A stretch of 64,000 nt of DNA from Rhynchobatus australiae (Eukaryota), in the NCBI GenBank assembly GCA_034780895.1, contig JAUZTB010000081.1, forward strand, positions 11,053,373 through 11,117,372, written 5' to 3'. The position numbers and the translations under genes were made by a program. This document shows positions 40,626 through 52,780 of the stretch, piece by piece. The notes beneath the pieces were generated by a model. That model had not been told where the DNA came from and searched no databases. It was given only the letters and a program-made list of their open reading frames with translations. Within the stretch, counting starts at the first letter, position 1, and each line of letters begins with the position of its first letter.

Positions 40626-43600
40626 TTTCTTTCTTTCTCTTTCTCTCTCTCTCTCTATCTCTCTCAGGGGTTTAGGAAGTGCAAGAAATCCTTCATACCA
40701 ATATTGCTGAGCGCCGTACCATTTATTCGCAAAACAGTATCACTTCACACCTGTCGGGAGTCCATTCCACCTGCTGCCGCTCCGCCCAAATTTTCATCTG
40801 GTCGATATTCTGCAAAGCGTCCTTGCTATCCACTATGTCATCTGCTTTCCAGTAACTGAAAATTTTAGGATATCTCCCGCATTCACTTCCATTTCTCTAT
40901 TTTCACCAAACACAACATAGATTCCGTCACCGATACCTGCAGTACAGCGCTGGTAATAGACTTCCAACAAATAAATAATGAACATTCTCCGACCACCCAT
41001 GACTCCTATCTTCAAAGCGAGGCAAAATGCCTTGTAACTTTGCCTTCAGGAGCAGTCCTTCAAGCGGAACCTTATCACATACCCTGCGAATGTCTATATT
41101 GATAACGTCCACTGCACCACCTTCTTCAATCTTCTTGAAGCAAATTGATATGGATTCCTTTGCATCAGTCCTTATGATCACTTTCTGATATGCCAGATTT
41201 AAATAAAACCTAATCCATAGAATTTCCTCCAGTACATTCGAATCATTGGAACAAGACTGACCGGCCTGGGTTACCGTTTATCCCTGCTGTTCTTAATTTG
41301 AGAAACACCATTACTTACACTCGAACTTTCTTTCACCTAGGCTATGACTTACAGAGAATGCCACCAGGCCACAAGCTATCTCCTTTTTTCCTTCTCATGG
41401 CAAGCGGGGTCAGTTCTCATGTATCCAAATCAGCATATTTGGTTTATCTGACCTCATGCATCCCATCAGATTTAACTGGTCTCCCAAGTTAACTGGTCTC
41501 CCAAGTTAAATCCAATGAAGGCCTGGAATTACTGACGAAGATCAAATAGCATTGAACGAAATATAGATGTTTTGATCTCAACTTACATCAAAATATTTTG
41601 ACTGCGGACTGGGACATCGTCTGATCTTTAATGTCATTGCTTGCGTTGCTTTCGGAAAGGGAGATTCTCGCAGAATCGGCGATGACTGTGAATGGTATAA
41701 ACGACTAGAGATTCTAAATCAGATAATAACGTCCCTTATGCGGGCAATCCGGGGAAGCCGAGTCTGATCTGCTTCGGAGGAAATGGTTTGTTTGGAATGC
41801 TGAAAGAGAACATCCAAACGATGCGGTGTTCAAGCATATTTCAAAGAAAGCAAATAATGAAATGTGAAATTAAACACAGAAGCTGCTAAAATATTCAATT
41901 AGTCAGGGTCGGTGGAATGAGAAACAGAGTTGACTCTTCAGCTCAGCAAACATTTCTCAGAATAGGGAAAGTGGGCGTTATTTCACCGAAGAGGAGAAGA
42001 TGGAAAGAACACATGATATGTCTATGATCGGCTGGAGACCAGGACAAACTCCAGATGGAATCTCAGCCGGATGTCATACGACAGACAGTGAAACTGGATA
42101 ACTTAACAGAGGAAAGAGATAATCAAACGTTGCAGACTTGACATCAATATCTCACTGAATCTTTTGTTTTACGACCCTGAACTTCTCCCGAAAATGTCGT
42201 TCCCCCTACCTCTCCCAGCCCTCTCGGCTTAGAACGAGTTTGATTTACGAGTTTACAGTTGTTGTTGAAAGATTATTGGAGAGTGACAGTCAAAAGGTCA
42301 TTCAATTCGGAACATATTTCTCAGCCCTCGGTGTCTGCGTGGACCATCTGCTCTGACGAGGTTTTTCCAATTGTTCCAAAACAATGAAAACGTAACGCAA
42401 TATTGTAAAACAGAACCACATTTTAGAATTCGAATTTACACTCTTGTGATTTCATCAACGATCAGCTGATGGGCCCAGACAAGCCAAAGGCCGGTCCAAT
42501 TTTATGTGAAATAGGTCCTGATTTTGTTGCGGACTAAATTTAAAAATGGGAATTATAAGGAGTAAAACGGTGAAGTGATCTAACTAATCGAAAACATTCT
42601 TCATAGAAGAGAAGAAACTTTTAAAAAACCGAATACGAAACTGTTTGAAAGATTAATATATCGCATTGTCAGACCTTGTTTTGCCGTATTCTGACGAGTT
42701 TATTATGGCAATTTTCCCTCTGCACACTCAGTCCCAATGCAAAACCTCGTCCGAAACCGTTGCTGCCGCAGACGCTGCCTAACCAGCTGAGTTTATCTTG
42801 CAGACATAAGAAAATACAGATGCTAAAAATCTGGAGCAATGTACTAAGGAAACGGAGGAACCCAGCAGTTCAGTCACCATCCATGGTGGGAAACGATCAG
42901 TCAACTTTAGGGCTCAAGACCTTTCATCAGCTCTGATCACCCAGCATTTTTTTTCTCCAAATCCGACATCAGTTGGCTATTCTGTCTACCTTTTCTGAAA
43001 ATCTTCGTTGTGAAACTGGTAAAGCGTTCTGTAAGGAACCAAGAAATACAGAAGGTACATTTTCCTGAAAACTTTCTGTTAGTGCGAGCGGATTGCAATT
43101 GCGATTAAGACTGCATGTGAACAAATGATTTCAGGGCATGGGAATATAAAATTGAACGTTGCCGGCATCGGAATTTACAGTACGTCAGACTTTCAGAATC
43201 CAAGCTAAACGTTGTCAATACATGACGGAAACAGAATCTTTGGCAGAAGAAAACCAACATTTTCTACAGCACAGATATTGCTTCATTGAAGCGCAACTGA
43301 GGGTGGTCAGCATTTGTAAATGTGGATGATGTATGGCATTGGATATTGCCCTCAAACAAGTTATTTTTACATCATTAAGACCGACCATTGGTAGTGGCAC
43401 AGGGAGCCCAGTAACTTCATAAATTGATCCAGAGAAGAGGGTATTACAACAGCCTTTCCTCTGTTGGTAAGATCACCCATAAATACTCAATAAGCTTGAG
43501 TGTTCTGCCACAAATCATTGGTCGTCTGCCACTTCCTGACTGAAAAGTTCTCTTTCCTTGACATAATCCAGCACACTTCATGAACATTCATTGACAACCA

Positions 43601-44559
43601 TAGCCTCTTGTAAAACTAACAACCTGTTCTGCAAGGAGTCTGACAAATATGCGTTTTCAATATCTACTTCTCTATTTATAAGCATGCTTCAATGTTTGAC
43701 TTCAAATCATGAGAATATTGGACAACTGATAAGGAATATAATGCTGAATATTGTGGCACGTTTTTACATCCCTCCTTCCATTTTTTATGTACAAATAAAT
43801 GTTACCCAACATTTCTACATGAGCCAGACAGGGAGAGTAAAAGGCGTTTACTGATCATTACATAGCCCACTTCAGGTTAGTAATTGTTTGAAATGTGTGT
43901 CCTTTTGAAGATAGACTTAAACGAATGCCGAATGTTTCATTGGACAGCGGGTCAATCTCTCTCGAAGCAATCGACTTAAAGAGCTGCGCACCCTGATAAG
44001 TACGGTAAGTTGTTTTTGACAAAAAAAAAGAAAGCGACTTCTTTGACCTATTATATTTCATCATTGCCCTGGCCTCGGAGTATCTGAATGCATGACAGCC
44101 CAAGGAACGGTTTATGCATCTGAAATGGCGGATGGTAAAGACTCAGTGTGATTTACAAAATATATAAGTAGAATTGTATGTTGCAACTGCTTTGGACGGG
44201 TTGGTCCTTGCAACCATATGGACTGATTCTGACCACATATTTCTCTCTCGTGATAGTACGATCACGATGCGCTGGCGGACGTGGCCCTCAAAAGAATATT
44301 CGGATTGCAGTTACTTCAGTGATTGAAGTGAACATGGCTGTTCCTGCCGTGAATCAACAGTCTCCTCAACTTATTCAGTGGCTTCTTACTCGACATAAAG
44401 ACAGAAAGCTGGACAAGCTCAACTGATCAAATAGAAACAGCGGGAGCAATAATTTTCAGTCAATATTTAATTTCAAGTGCCTCCATCGGGACTGAGGGGC
44501 ATGAGGGAAATTTGCAGTACCAAGCAGCACTTTGGGGTTGGGTGAGAGACAGACGCTTG

Positions 44560-45020
44560 GAGGTCACTGGTGGAACCAGATGATGGGTAGATGGAATTGC
44601 GTTGAGAAGCTGTGGGACAGAAACTGGTATGTGAAAATTGACACCAGATTGTGGTGTATGAGCGGCAGCGATAACCAGTTACGAAACAAATGGGAAGTAT
44701 GATCAAAACAGGAATAAAACGTGGTCGACAGAAAGGAGTATGGGAGTAGAGCGCATGGGAATGGAAACAATCAACATTTTTAACTTTGACTTGCAAGCGA
44801 CCCGTGCAGAATGTGCAATGTTGCTCTTCGAAACTTCGTTTGGCCACTCGGTAGCAATGGAGAAGGTTGAGGACAGACTGATCCGTGTAGGGGTGAAAGG
44901 AGTATTGAAACATGACGCTAGGATGGCCGTTGCTGACTGAGTGCAGGTGCTCGACAAAGTTGTTACCAAATCTACTCTTTATTCAGCTGAAGAAACTAAG
45001 GTTATATCTCGAGCACCGAA
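44560..45020 (-). mobile_element. Penelope-like GIY-YIG relic
   Basis: HPYTDQSVLNLLHCYRVAKRSFEEQHCTFCTGRLQVKVKNVD resembles the EEQHLIFRLG-LQP-GMN-DF C-terminal motif. Confidence 0.65.
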
Positions 45021-45539
45021 TGTACTATTTCATATTCGAAAGGCCACAGAACACACTGTCATATTTACCCTCATTCCACTGTTTGTATGAAACACAATTC
45101 ATTCTCCTGCATATGTATTTGAACAAAGGTTTCCTGTATTTTGGCATGCCATTGATGACTGTCATCGAAGTGCGATACCAACGGATCACAATCCCTATTA
45201 TAAATCCAGATGTGTTGCCGATGTTGCTTTGTTCTGTGTGATATTTCTGAAAAATTGTCAAATTCCATGAAATTCCACGAGTATTTGAATGATGATTTTT
45301 TTCAATCCATCCTACATCCTAAATGAATGAAGATACAGATTAGATCTTCGTGAAAAAAAAACAAGAAATCACTCTTTCATGAGAAGCAGCATTTATTTCA
45401 TGGAAACGGTCCTCAAAGTCATATGTACCATATCTTATAGTTGCAGCCTCGCCCCTCATTTGTTGTAAAAAATAAATGTTGCATCATCTGGATAGAGTTT
45501 ACCAATTTAACCACGATCAGAGGCACATACTGAACACAG

Positions 45540-45623
45540 TCGGATTAATAATATCAATGATTTAATAATTCCAGTCCTCTTGCGATCTGGTTACACCCTG
45601 GGGTTTTCTCTGCGATATAAATA
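45540..45623 (+). promoter_or_regulatory. Putative proximal promoter (TAAT motifs, CCCTGGGG 45596-45603, TATAAATA 45616-45623)
   Basis: Canonical TATA box 78 nt upstream of the ATG at 45694. Confidence 0.55.
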
Positions 45624-45693
45624 ACAGCTAAATTTGAAATCAGCTGTCTCGTGTGGCTGCAGAACTATCCAGAAACGTTGCTTCCCTTTGATC

Positions 45694-45763
45694 ATGAATC
45701 AGCCTGCAATACTGCAGACGGAACGTATTTACTACCCCATTCTTGTTATAATTGGAGTTCCAG
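45694..45763 (+). CDS. GPR139-like GPCR, exon 1 (pairs with exon 2 at 49532)
   Basis: MNQPAILQTERIYYPILVIIGVP + G|GTAAAT. Confidence 0.85.
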
Positions 45764-46321
45764 GTAAATCAGTCATAGGATGGCATTGCAGGCATACATT
45801 TGTGTGTTTGAATTGCCAAGATTAATTCATCACAGCTAAAAAGGTTTGCTTTGTATCAGGTTAGTGAATGGAAACACCTTAGTGAATTGGGAAAATGAAA
45901 CGAATTTCTTTTTGTCAGTGATGTACCTGAACGGTAACATTATAGTGGTATGAATTGTGCGCTGGATTGAACAATTAAGACAACGATATTTGAATTTGTC
46001 TCGGGGGAAAATTATATTTGTGCTTTATTGCATCCAGCAGAAAGAACTATCTCCTTCTAGTCCTTCGAAAGCACTCTATCTTAACAATGGCAGAAAGCCC
46101 GCTTCTGCGAGGATCTCCGTGAAAGTACAGTGCTTCGTGCATATTCTATTTTCACTCTGTGTACCAGCCTCTGCACAGAGTCAGTATTCGCAGCGTCGAT
46201 CATCATGAAACAATTCCAAACTAGAACTTATTGTTCAAAGAAAGAGTCCGTAAAACATTTTGATGAATGCTCTTAGGTTCACCACGGAACTCTGACGAAA
46301 AGATGCTCGCTGTACAGTCGA

Positions 46322-46972
46322 ATCCGTCCGTATTAAATAGACACTGCCATCTCCTTATTGCTGATTATTTATCAGTAAGTAGTACATGCATCAACAACAG
46401 GAAGGAATACGTGCATTATTTTTATGATGCGTACACTTGGCATTCATGTACGCAGTGAAAGTGAAAAATATTCTCATGGCACTGTCGCACACTTATAGTT
46501 TAATTGGGCCACGATTTATTGTTCGTTATAGTTCCTAATTTCAATCTATTTGTTGATGAGATTTCTCGAACGAGCAACGCGTAAAGGAGGACNNNNNNNN
46601 NNNNNNNNNNNNNNNNNNNNNNNNNNNNNNNNNNNNNNNNNNNNNNNNNNNNNNNNNNNNNNNNNNNNNNNNNNNNNNNNNNNNNNNNNNNNATCCGTCT
46701 GTATTAAATAGACACTGCCATCTCCTTATTTCTGATTATTTATCAGGAAGTAGTACATGCATCAACAACATGAAGGAATACGTGCATTATTTTTATGATG
46801 CGTACACTTGGCATTCATGTACGCAGTGAAAGTGAAAAATATCTCATGGCACTGTCGCTCACTTATAGTTTAATTGGGCCACGATTTATTGTTCGTTATA
46901 GTTCCTAATTTCAATCTATTTCAATCTATTTGTTGATGAGATTTCTCGAACGAGCAACGCGTAAAGGAGGAC
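46322..46972. repeat. ~270-bp duplication flanking the gap (46322-46592 vs 46693-46972)
   Basis: Near-identical, with a few substitutions and a 10-bp TCAATCTATT duplication in the second copy. Confidence 0.85.
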
Positions 46973-47923
46973 AATGGAATATAGTAATAAAACAAACTTC
47001 TAAACCTCTGTATTTCCGGAAGATTTAATTCTTAATTTTGACAGATTTTTGAAAAAGCGATAACGCTCGTTCCTTCTCGTTTGTTTTCCACCGTTTCCTC
47101 GAAGAATGTTGACTTAAATATTGACGATCTGTTCATAAAGGAGCAGGTCAGGAGCGGAGAACGTGCGATTACTGCATTTAGCTGTTGTTTCGGCCAATTT
47201 CATGATATTGGTTCCTCGAGTTTTGTGCGCCCTCAGCAATTACTGAGACACTGACCCTAATGACACCGAGGTAATCAGTTGACTATTTACCCACTTTGTT
47301 GCAAATCACTCAGATTTAGAGTTGACGTTGTAGCCGCTCTACTTAAGTGGATGGTGCAGCATATTATTTTGTTCAACGCACAAGGGTTACTGCAGACAGA
47401 GCTCCAGACACCGGCTATCAATTTTCTACCGAGCGACAGGCATCGAAATGTGAACAGATTCATTCCAAAGTGGATTTAAAACTCTGTGTGGGAAAGTTAA
47501 TGCAAGGACGGTTTGAAACTTCCCCTGTCAATATATGTTAATTATGTGTCGGTAACTTAATTTCATTGGAAGACATCAATTTGTTTAATGATGGATATGT
47601 ATTATTTTACTTATTAATGTATATTGGATGAATTTGTTTCTTCCCTCTGTCTGTCAGGGATATAAACAAACAGTGTTAAAAGGCGAATGCCATTGAGGTG
47701 CCAAAAGTTGTCAGTGTTACAGCAGGCGGCGTCTCAGAATATACTGCGGAAGACCGAATCACAGTTCTAATCTCGTCCGCGCCCAGTATCGCAACCGTAT
47801 GTGGAATTTCAGCTCGTTTATCCCACCATGGACGTGTTGTCTATGTGTCGTGATTCCAGGGAAGATGCTCCCTGCAAAGGCAAACGTTCTCACTGTGAGA
47901 GCAGAGTAAAACATATTAAACTG

Positions 47924-48132
47924 CTCCTTGTTGCTTAGAGTGGTTTACTCTAGAGCAGTCCTGTGTTATCTATTCCTTTGTGAAGATCCAGTTTGTGTTG
48001 GGACTCCTCTTCTGATCTCTGAGGCAAGATTCCTTCCAGTTCCTGCCTGTGTTTGTCCCGAGGAAGTATCCTGACTCCAGTCTTGTATCGGTGTGCTGCA
48101 TTTGGGTTCTGAGTTTGCTCAACATTGTGACA
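47924..48132 (+). mobile_element. LTR family A, 3' part (5'-truncated)
   Basis: Matches the reverse complement of 31708-31840; ends tgcatttgggttctgagtttgctcaacatTGTGACA. Confidence 0.75.
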
Positions 48133-48237
48133 TCTAAAGATGTACGGGTAGGTTAATTTGGGGTTTAAAATGGGTGGTGTGGACTTGTTGGCCTGGAAGG
48201 GCCTGTTACCACACTGTAAACAAAATTAATAAATTTT
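48133..48237 (+). mobile_element. 3' half of a V-SINE with CR1-type tail
   Basis: aaagatgtacgggtaggttaatt...ttgttggcctggaagggcctgttaccacactgtaaa, followed by an A/T-rich end. Confidence 0.7.
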
Positions 48238-49089
48238 GAGTGTGCATTTGTTCCTTTCCATTCTGTTCCTGTGTCTGTCTTTGTAAATAAAATTCTCCTT
48301 TTTAAAGCACAAATACTGTGTGTCCAGGTACCTTTTACCTTTAAGATCCCAAAAGAACCTTTCTCACAACATTTAGTGCTGTGAGCAGGGTCTTGAAGGT
48401 ATTGGCTGGACACAAATGCAGGCAGGATGTTCTGGAGCAAGGGAAAGAAGGACAAGGTGGGCACTGAGGAAAAGATTCCTGGGTGGATCGATGAGAGTGA
48501 GGGATTTGAGATCCTGGCCTGACTACTGGCAGACCATGGAAGGCCAGTTGACTGGACTGAGCAGTTAGATCCATGTGGTGCAAAGATGGGGCACCATGTG
48601 GTGGCCCTCCTCCAGAAGTCAGGGTTTCCTGGAGCAAAGGGGAGTCGGAGATGTGGCTTCTGGTGTCCCTCCTGAGGTGCCAGGTGGAGATTACCAGCCA
48701 GTTGAGAGATACCTGTGTGCAGAGAGAGAATGAAGGACTCAGGGAAAGGTGTTGCTTGCTGCAGGAGATCATGCGAGCAGCCCAAAGCTGGGCCAATGAC
48801 CTCGAGGCCAGGAGTACTGAGGTCACTTGCTGACTCATCCAGGTGTAGCATGCCCAAACTGCCTGCAGGACTGGCTAGCATCCAGACCCTTTCAAAGTTC
48901 AGGCCTTGGTCCAGCAGAGGGACAAGCTGGATGCGTGGCTGGGGGATGAGGACATCTGGTTTGGTGAGGGGGCACCTGACACCCTGCACCCCTGCCCTCC
49001 GGCCTCTGTTCCTGAGCCCCTGCAGGCCCGACCTGTGCAGATGCGGTCCCAAGAATCCTAACCTCTGCCATTTATGTGCTCTGGAAAGA
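48238..49089 (+). mobile_element. Endogenous retrovirus-like fragment: LTR R/U5, tRNA-Ser-like PBS, decayed gag N-terminus
   Basis: AATAAA 48286; LTR end CACAACA at 48371; TAGTGCTGTGAGCAGGGT at 48374-48391; ATG 48427 MFWSKGKK..IPGW..DHGRPVDW; downstream WLLVSLL, coiled-coil-like stretch, KVQALV..WLGDEDIW, LQARPV. Confidence 0.7.
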
Positions 49090-49531
49090 NNNNNNNNNNN
49101 NNNNNNNNNNNNNNNNNNNNNNNNNNNNNNNNNNNNNNNNNNNNNNNNNNNNNNNNNNNNNNNNNNNNNNNNNNNNNNNNNNNNNNNNNAATTTCAGCTC
49201 GTTTATCCCACCATGGACGTGTTGTCTATGTGTCGTGATTCCAGGGAACATGCTCCCTGCAAAGGCAAACGTTCTCACTGTGATAGCAGAGTAAAACATA
49301 TTAAACTGTCGAGATTTAATGAAAAAATGAGACTACATCAATTCCATGTGATTGTTTTTGTGTCACATACTCCACTACCTATCCAAAAAGATTCATCAAG
49401 GGTAAACGATTAGAATTAGTTAAGAAAGTTTTCGAAATGATTGTTTTACTAATTTTAAGTTTCAACAAAGGAACCGTCTATTTCTCGGGATATTTCTCCT
49501 TTATAATCCAATTTATTTTCTTCATTTGCAG

Positions 49532-50046
49532 CTAATTTGGTGGCAATCGTCATTCTGTCTTCAGGAAAGTGTGGTCTCTCTCGATGCATCGTACGATATC
49601 TTATATCAATGGCAGCAGCAGACCTAATGGTATTGATCTTCAATATAATGATGTATGAGTTTAAGGAAGCATTTTTTCAGCATTCATTCCTCAATTATAC
49701 ACCAGTTTGTAGTTTTCTTATTGTAATGAATTATCTTTCGCTGGATTGTTCTGTCTGGCTAACTGTCGCTTTTACATTTGATCGATTTGTTGCTATTTGT
49801 TGGGAGTCATTACGGACAAAATATTGCACAACTAAAGTTGCATCGAATGTTATACTACTGGTGTTTTTGTTAAGCACTATAGAAAACATTCCAATCTATT
49901 TTATATTTGAACCTCGGGAAATAATTAACAATGCGCCATGGTCCTGTTATGTGAAGTCAAGCTTCTACACCTCACCAAGTTGGGTCGTGTTTTTATGGTT
50001 TGAAACTATCTTAACTCCATTTGCACCATTTGCTTTTATCCTGCTG
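49532..50046 (+). CDS. GPR139-like GPCR exon 2, TM1-TM5, open up to the gap
   Basis: TTTGCAG|CTAATTTG; ANLVAIVILSSGKCGLSRCIVRYLISMAAADL...FTFDRFVAIC...LTPFAPFAFILL with no disablements seen. Confidence 0.9.
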
Positions 50047-50559
50047 NNNNNNNNNNNNNNNNNNNNNNNNNNNNNNNNNNNNNNNNNNNNNNNNNNNNNN
50101 NNNNNNNNNNNNNNNNNNNNNNNNNNNNNNNNNNNNNNNNNNNNNNAAGGGCTGATAGGGATGCACAATAAATGCTGACTATACCCATTAACCATAAAAT
50201 AAAACGTTAAGAAACAAAAAGTCCTGCTAGGAGGAGAGAAACATGTATAAGATCTCCATCCTAATTAGTTCACTTCTAATTTTCTTCAGCCCTTTTCCCG
50301 TATTTCCTTTCTCCTCGGAGAATTCTTCAAATTATCACCCGCACACTGTAATTTCCTTCAGTGTGCTTCCTCTGTTCCTTTCCCAGGCACTAATGTCCCA
50401 GCTGCCAAACGGATCCAAGAGGTCAGAAAGGAAACATTCCCAGCAACTGCGTCCAAGTACTTCGCCACTGATACGTAATGTTGTTTGTAGATTGTGTGTT
50501 TATTCCCAAACACAGGAATATACATACACACAACAGATGGATCGAGAGACAGATGGACA

Positions 50560-50584
50560 CGGATAGACAGATAGATAGATACGT

Positions 50585-50615
<31 letters not shown>

Positions 50616-50616
50616 T
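50560..50616. repeat. Compound microsatellite (GATA)n(GA)n
   Basis: gatagacagatagatagat...gatagatagagagagagagag. Confidence 0.9.
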
Positions 50617-51659
50617 ATTATAGGAAATGCACAAAAGAATGGTCACGTATACAGTTCATTTCACGAAAGCTGCAGAGATTATATCACGACAACTGAATGC
50701 CGTCTGGGACGGGCGACATAACATGTTCGTCATATTACACTGGTTCTACTATCATAAGGTACACAACTGAATGAACGACATATCTGTTCAAACTGCATGA
50801 AGAGCTGGGGATAAGATGTCGGACTTTCCTTCAGACCACCTCTCTGCTGATTCGAATAATGAGTAGCTGAATGGAATTAATGAGGTCGATAAACATCCTG
50901 CTATCAATTTGATGTAGAGGCGGATGTAGAGCATCGAAATGTTAATTTCAGAGTGGTTGCAAACTCGGTGAGTGAAATTAAATGCAAACATCAGTTGGTA
51001 TTATATTTTCAAATATCTTCTAATTGTTTGCCAGTAACATATTATTTTAAGGAAATCAACTTCTTTGATGGGCAGAATGTTTTACTCACTTTGTGTAATA
51101 TTTTCGAATAGTTGTTGTACTCCAGAAGTTCAATGCCATTTAACTTCCAAAGGATTTCGGGCTTTCCAGGAGGGTGGGCCTTATGGTATATTGATTGACA
51201 TCGAATCACCATTCTGATCTAATCCGCGGGGAGTACCTCTACGAGACGTCTCTACTGGACATGGAAAGTCAGCTTGCTTCGTCCACCATATCGGAGGTGT
51301 CACTGTGGACTTGGCTTCTATGGTTCGTGATTCACGGTAGAATGCTGCTTCCAATGCCAATGTTCTCACTATTGAAACAGAATAAACTATTGTAAGTATC
51401 TAGTAGAAATGAGGATATTTCGTGCATAGGATAGTTTAGTAATTGTACACTGAACAGCCATTTCTAAAAGATTATTCAAGTGTAAGTGATTGGAATAAGA
51501 TAGGGATGATTTCGAAATCATTGTTGCATAATTCTAAAATTTGTTCCAAAGTTTTGAAGGGGAATAAAAAGGAAACGAGCATGAGAAACAAATTGCAGCA
51601 GATTTCATCTATTTCTCTGTGTTATTTTGTTCCATGTGCTTCTTTTTCTTCGTTTGTTG

Positions 51660-52780
51660 GTAATGTGTTTGCAATCATCAACCTTTCTTCCAAAAAATGT
51701 CTTAAATCAATGATATCACCGGACCCAATGATATTAGTTTTCTATGTAATAGTGTATCAGTTCAAGGAGGCGATTTCCAGTATTATTTCCTCAATTGTGT
51801 AGCCTTCCTTGTGTTCTCAATTATCTTCTGCTTGATTACTTTGTCAATCTACCTGCTGCTTTTGTATCCGATCAATGCTTTGCTGTTTATTTCCAGTCAC
51901 TGCGCACAAAGTATTGCAGAACTAAAATTACATAGAGGACTTTTGCATTGGTGATTTTGTTAAGCATCTCTTAAAACATACTGATCTATTTTATATTTGA
52001 ATCTCGAGAAATAATTAACAATATGCCATGGATCTGATACAGAAAGTCAAGCTTTTTCAGTTCACCGAACTTGTCGTGTTTTTGTGGTTTGCAAATGTCA
52101 ACCCCAAAGCAACATCTGATGTGACCCTGTTGCTTAATTCCGTGAAAATAAAACATACATTGGCAAACAAGGTCAGAATCAAACTCCGAGGAAATAACAG
52201 TGAGAGATGCAAGAATAACCAAAAGACTGATGACAGAATGAAATTAATCATTTTACTGGTTATACTATCTGCCAATTTTATAATCTTATTGTGGTAAATC
52301 TTCCGTGCTTCATCTATGTCGAGTTTATAGATACTCAATTTCTGGAAACAGATTACAATGTTTATTTTGTAGCGGATAGTTACGGGTAAACGAGACTCTC
52401 GTGTGTAGTCAGAGGTCGTTGAGTCAGAAGTCCTGAATCACCCCCTACCGGCGCTTATATGCCGTTTGAAAGTTCCGCGCTATCTTCGCTTTGCTGCCGT
52501 CAGCTGACCTTTGCCGCGCCTGGGCTTTCACTATTATTAATGAAGACGTAGGGCCTGGCGCCATCTTAGGCCGGGAAGTTCCGTCGACGCGAGCCTCCGC
52601 GGGAGCCGGTTCGGAGCAATTGTTACAATTTCATAATTTATGGGTATATGCTGATGTATCTGCATATACTGCCACAAATATCTTCACTTATGCGGTATCA
52701 GAGTAGCCACAAAGAATATGGTTTGGCGTTCTATTTTTTTTTCTTATTTCACATTTGTTCAAACGCTGTATGCCTGTTTA
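51660..52780 (+). pseudogene. Heavily decayed GPR139-like exon 2, acceptor lost, interrupted by a solo LTR
   Basis: Acceptor gcag->gttg; recognisable pieces NVFAIINLSS, YFIFESREIINNMPW, KLRGNNSE..QKTDDRMKLIILL, QFLETDYN, GYML, TNIFTYAVSE; many stops. Confidence 0.88.
52368..52627 (-). mobile_element. 260-bp solo LTR (family B, Gypsy-like) with 4-bp TSD ATTT
   Basis: TGTAGC...GTTACA termini; ATTT at 52364-52367 and 52628-52631; CpG-rich; AAGATGGCG and ATATAAG motifs on the minus strand. Confidence 0.85.

Noticed and set aside
41472-41505. 17-bp direct repeat TTAACTGGTCTCCCAAG x2
   Set aside because: Simple local slippage duplication with no array structure; not CRISPR-like, and the DNA is eukaryotic.
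48165-49052. 295-aa minus-strand ORF
   Set aside because: Antisense shadow of the GC-richer gag-like relic; it crosses element boundaries and shows no recognisable domain.
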